A DNA stretch of 11,205 nt from contig CAWJSR010000048.1 of the NCBI GenBank assembly GCA_963845515.1, forward strand, positions 1 through 11,205, given 5' to 3'. The position numbers and the translations under genes were made by a program. Under the pieces are notes generated by a model, which was not told where the DNA came from, did no database searches, and saw only the letters and a list, made by a program, of their open reading frames with translations. This stretch comes from an uncultured delta proteobacterium. GTDB lineage: Bacteria > Myxococcota > Myxococcia > Myxococcales > Anaeromyxobacteraceae. Of the stretch, positions 7,823-11,205 are shown piece after piece; the first letter of the stretch is position 1, and every line of letters begins with the position of its first letter.

Positions 7823-9395
7823 ATTCCACTCCCAGGAAGCCCTCGGCGAAGCCCAGGCTCCGGTTCTCGTCGACGTTGTAGAAGAGGTAGTTGAGCCGCG
7901 CCCGCGCGATGGCCGAGAGGCTGGGCGTGATGCGCCACGCGGCGGCGCCGGTCAGGCCTGGCGTCACGGTGAAGAAGAACTGGGCCGGGAGCCCCTGCTC
8001 GGGCGGGAAGCTCCGCGCGAGCCAGGTGAAGGCCACGCGCGCCCCGGCGGACAGGGTCAGCCGCCTCGCGACGCGGAAGTCGCGCCAGAGCGACGCCCCG
8101 GCCGCGATCTCGCTGAACTGCACCGGGATGGGCTCGACCCCCGTCATCTTCAGCTCCCCGGCGCCGCCGCCGAGCGCCGCGTCGATGCCCCACGCGAGCC
8201 CGTGCCCCAGGTCGTCACGGAGCGCGAGCTCCAGGCCGAAGAGCGAGGCAGGGGGGAAGAGGCCGTCGCGCGCCGCCTCGTCGAAGAAGCGCTGCGCCCC
8301 GGCGCCGGCCACGAGCGCGATCCGCGCCCCCGCATACCCCTTCTGCGGATCGCGGTCGAGCGGCAGCCGGTCCATGCGCGCGTCGTCGACCGCGACGCCG
8401 CCCTCGCCGACGCCGAGCGAGGCGACGAGCAGCCCGGACTCGTCCGCGAGCCGCTTCTTCACCGTGTAGCGTCCGGGCCGGAGCGCGATCCGGCGCTCGT
8501 TGCCGGCGGTCTTCGCCACCTCGGCGACGGCCCGTCCGGCCTTGTCGAGGACGACGTAGAGCCCCTCGGCCTCGGACGGGAACACCAGCCCGCCGGAGAT
8601 GGGCGTGAGATCCGAGAGCACCACGTCGCCGGTGCCGCCGAGGTCGTAGAGGAAGACCGGGTGCTGGACGCCGCCCGAGCTGCTGGCGGTCGAGCCGACG
8701 GTGCGCGCGTAGGCGTACGCGTACGCCTCGGCGAGCGTGACGCGCCGGTCGCCGCTCGTGTCGGCGCCGCCGAGCAGGCCGGAGGCCAGGTGGTGCGTGA
8801 ACCAGCTGGCGCCGACCGCGTCGGACTCCTGCGAGTCCTCGTCCGCCGCGGAGGAGGCGATGAGGACGAGCCCGGCAGGCCCCTCGCCGGCGCCGGTGGC
8901 CACGTCGAACGCGGGGGCTGGCCGGACCCCCTTCGCGCGCGCGATGGCGCCAGAGCGGCAGGAGTCGAGCAGGCCGATCCGGACGTCGGCCGGCGCCTTC
9001 TCCAGCTCGGCGCGGAGCTCCTCGAGCGGAAGCCGCCCGGCGCCGAGCCGCAGCGCGCCGTCCTTCGCGTGGCCGGAGTAGTAGACGACCAGGATCGTCC
9101 GCTCGCCCCGCTCCCTGGCCGCGGCGGCGCGGACTCCGAGCTCGGAGAGGGCCCGCCGGAAGGCGGCGCCCCCCGCGCCGAGGAGCAGCCGCGCGTCGTC
9201 GGGGCGCACCCCCCCGACCTGCAGCAGGATCGAGTGGATCCGCCTGGCGTCCCGCTCTGCGTAGCGGAGCCGCACGGTCCCGGCCCCGCCGTCGGACTCG
9301 CCGACGACCAGCGCGAACCGGCGCTCCGACGCGGCGGCGGCCCCGGCCGTCAGGGCGAGCGTCAGGAGCGCGAGCGCGGCGGCGGAGCGGATCAC
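7806..9395 (-). CDS. Exported caspase-like protease (peptidase C14) with an Ig-like linker and a probable C-terminal outer-membrane beta-barrel (529 aa)
   Basis: GTG 9395 overlaps the upstream TGA. Signal peptide MIRSAAALALLTLALTAGAAAA. Caspase-fold motifs RRFALVVG, LRYAERDA, YYSGH (His), LLDSCRSG (Cys), SQES and ADTSGDRRVT. The last ~170 aa are alternating hydrophobic strands ending GFLGVEYAFGE. Confidence 0.9.
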   Translation of the reverse strand: MIRSAAALALLTLALTAGAAAASERRFALVVGESDGGAGTVRLRYAERDARRIHSILLQVGGVRPDDARLLLGAGGAAFRRALSELGVRAAAARERGERTILVVYYSGHAKDGALRLGAGRLPLEELRAELEKAPADVRIGLLDSCRSGAIARAKGVRPAPAFDVATGAGEGPAGLVLIASSAADEDSQESDAVGASWFTHHLASGLLGGADTSGDRRVTLAEAYAYAYARTVGSTASSSGGVQHPVFLYDLGGTGDVVLSDLTPISGGLVFPSEAEGLYVVLDKAGRAVAEVAKTAGNERRIALRPGRYTVKKRLADESGLLVASLGVGEGGVAVDDARMDRLPLDRDPQKGYAGARIALVAGAGAQRFFDEAARDGLFPPASLFGLELALRDDLGHGLAWGIDAALGGGAGELKMTGVEPIPVQFSEIAAGASLWRDFRVARRLTLSAGARVAFTWLARSFPPEQGLPAQFFFTVTPGLTGAAAWRITPSLSAIARARLNYLFYNVDENRSLGFAEGFLGVEYAFGE

Positions 9396-10122
9396 CTGGC
9401 GCCCCTTCGGAGCGCCCGCACGATCACCTCGGCGCCGGCGCCGGGGGATGCGCCCTTCGGCCCTTCGCGTGAGAGGCGGGAGGCGAGCGCCTCGCCGTCG
9501 ATCGGCTCGTCGGAGAGGACCGCCACGAGCGCCCCGTCGTCCGCGCCGGTCCACTCGAAGGCGCCCGGCAGCACGCCGGTGAGCGCCGCTCCGGCGAAGA
9601 GGATGGCGGCGCCGTCGGCGTCGACCAGCGCCACGGCTGCGAACTTGCGGCCGGCGGGGGCGAGGCCGATGCGGAGCGCGGCGCCGGTGGGGATAGGGTC
9701 GTCCGGGGAGAGCGCGAGCGCGGCCGCGCCGTCGCGCGCGTAGATGGTGAGCTCCGCGCCGCCGCCCTTCAGCCGGAAGCCGGGCGAGTCGCCGGAGGGG
9801 GCGCGCAGGAGTGTGGGCACCGCCACCGCCGCGGCGATCCCGGCGGCGAGGGCGAGGCCGATCACCCTCGCAGGCCTGCGGCGCGCCGACGGCCGCGCGA
9901 GCCGCTCCGCCACGCCGGCGGCGAGCGTCTCGAAGGGGAGGTCGCGCGCCAGCAGCGCCCGCTCGCGCGCCAGCTCCCGCCGGGTCGCCTGGCAGCGGCC
10001 GCAGCTGGCGAGGTGCGACTCGGTCCGCGCGCAGCTCGTCGCCGACGCAGCTCGCCGGCCTCGAGCCGCCTGATGCGCGTCGCGGAGCAGGCCACGCCGG
10101 GACCGCCGAGCTCGAGGTTCAT
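9392..10122 (-). CDS. Zinc-binding (zf-HC2/ZAS) transmembrane anti-sigma factor with an extracytoplasmic domain; frameshifted near 10030-10050
   Basis: ATG 10122 overlaps the sigma stop (ATGA). MNLELGGPGVACSATRIRRLEAGEL, then after a frame change RTESHLASCGRCQ (HxxxCxxC), a TM helix VIGLALAAGIAAAVAVPTLL, GFRLKGG and a beta-rich domain. Its stop overlaps the caspase start. Confidence 0.85.
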
Positions 10123-10709
10123 GGAAGCTCCTCTGCGTCGGGGAGGTTCACGTCGGGGAAGGCCTCGCGCAGCGCGCCGCGCGCTGCGGCGAGGAAGTCG
10201 CGGAGCCGCTTGCGGACCGTCGGGAGGCTCCGGCCGGTCACCTCCGCGATCTCGGCCTGGGTCAGCTCGTCGACGAAGTAGAGCACCGCCGCCTCCTGCT
10301 CCTCGATCCCTGCGGCGCCGAGCAGCGCCCGCACCAGCTCCCGGGAGTCCGGCTCGATGGCGCGCGTGCTTCGCTCGCTCGCCATCCGGGCCACCTCCTC
10401 CTTCCACGCCGCCCGGGAGGCGCGGAGGAGGTTGAGGCAGTGATTCGTCGCCATCCGCAGGAGGAACGCGGTGGGCGACGCGGCGGTCCGCAGCTCCTCG
10501 GCGCTCCGCAGCGCCCGGACGAAGACGTCCTGCGCCGCGTCGCGCGCCGCCTCGTCCTCGCGGAGGAGGTAGCGGCAGCGCGCGAGCACCGCGGCGGCGT
10601 GACGCCGGTAGAGCTCCTCGAGGAGCCCGGCGCCACGCCCTTCCGCGGCGGCGGACGGGCCGGAGGCTCCTCCGGCCCGGCCGCCCGGGATGACCGCGAA
10701 CCTCGTCAT
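10119..10709 (-). CDS. ECF (sigma70 group 4) RNA polymerase sigma factor
   Basis: 196 aa. Region 2 is LYRRH...AARDAAQDVFVRA...FLLRMATNHCLNLLR. Region 4 is AVLYFVDELTQAEIAEVTGRSLPTVRKRL. Confidence 0.95.
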   Translation of the reverse strand: MTRFAVIPGGRAGGASGPSAAAEGRGAGLLEELYRRHAAAVLARCRYLLREDEAARDAAQDVFVRALRSAEELRTAASPTAFLLRMATNHCLNLLRASRAAWKEEVARMASERSTRAIEPDSRELVRALLGAAGIEEQEAAVLYFVDELTQAEIAEVTGRSLPTVRKRLRDFLAAARGALREAFPDVNLPDAEELP

Positions 10710-10710
10710 C

Positions 10711-11205
10711 CTACGGCAGCGGCTCCGGGAGCGTGGGGAAGGTCGTGACGTACCCCTCCGTGCCCCTGCAGGCCGAGACGTCGCCGTAGGCCGGGTTGCT
10801 GTCGTAGGTCTGCGCGTAGTTCAGGGCGGGATCGGTGGACTGGCCGGCCCAGCACTCGGTCTCCGTGTAGAAGGACGGTGCGACGTTGGCGTCGGTGTAC
10901 CAGACGTCCGCGCGCCCCTCGCCCGACGCCTGCCACTGCGTGTGGAGCGTCAGGTGCTTGTCCTGCGCGTCGAGCGTCCGGAAGGCGATCAGCAGGTCGC
11001 GGAGGTTGGCGTTGAAGTCGAAGTAGACGTCGATGCGGGGGGGGTCGGTCGGATCGGGGGCGACGACGTCGTTGTTCCTCGCGTTCCGCCAGACCACCTC
11101 GTTCTGCAGCTCGCCGTGGGTGTCGTACCGGACGTCGAGCGCGCCGAAGTCCTTCTGCTCCCACGCGAACGGATAGTTCGGATGATCGAGCAGCGCCTCG
11201 TTGTC
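10711..11205 (-). CDS. C-terminal part of an exported or lipoprotein-like protein, possibly a distant paralogue of 6829..7822
   Basis: The frame is open from the window edge (DNEALLDHPNYPFAW...) to TAG 10713-10711, 1 nt before the sigma ATG, with strong GC3 bias. It contains W..SGEGRAD...ECW...Y...GDVSAC. Confidence 0.8.
   Translation of the reverse strand, partial: DNEALLDHPNYPFAWEQKDFGALDVRYDTHGELQNEVVWRNARNNDVVAPDPTDPPRIDVYFDFNANLRDLLIAFRTLDAQDKHLTLHTQWQASGEGRADVWYTDANVAPSFYTETECWAGQSTDPALNYAQTYDSNPAYGDVSACRGTEGYVTTFPTLPEPLP

Noticed and set aside
9396..9554. Longer caspase start at 9554
   Set aside because: It overlaps the anti-sigma gene and would bury the signal peptide. GTG 9395 gives a coupled start.
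1..11205. CRISPR array, rRNA or IS element
   Set aside because: No regularly spaced repeats, rRNA-like sequence or transposase motifs were seen.

Overview
GC-rich bacterial DNA with myxobacterial (Anaeromyxobacter-like) character; this taxonomic call is inferred from gene content and composition only. Bases 1-~1990 are one end of an integrated element. It carries the 3' end of a VapE-like primase/helicase gene with an inverted iteron-like repeat, an excisionase interrupted by an in-frame TAG, and a tyrosine integrase. The integrase reading frame runs into and stops inside the antisense of tRNA-Asp, an arrangement like phage Mx8, where att lies within int. Host DNA follows: a tRNA-Val/tRNA-Asp pair with a sigma70 promoter, a RapA/HepA-like SNF2 ATPase (one frameshift) and argE. 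Next is an OsmC-family gene whose catalytic Cys codon is an in-frame UGA followed by a SECIS-like hairpin, so it is a probable selenoprotein that the ORF track splits in two. The right half is a tightly coupled minus-strand operon: lipoprotein-like gene, ECF sigma factor, zinc-binding transmembrane anti-sigma, exported caspase-like protease fused to a probable outer-membrane beta-barrel, and a lipoprotein. This is a candidate protease-based trans-envelope signalling module. Several single-base indels suggest unpolished long-read sequence.
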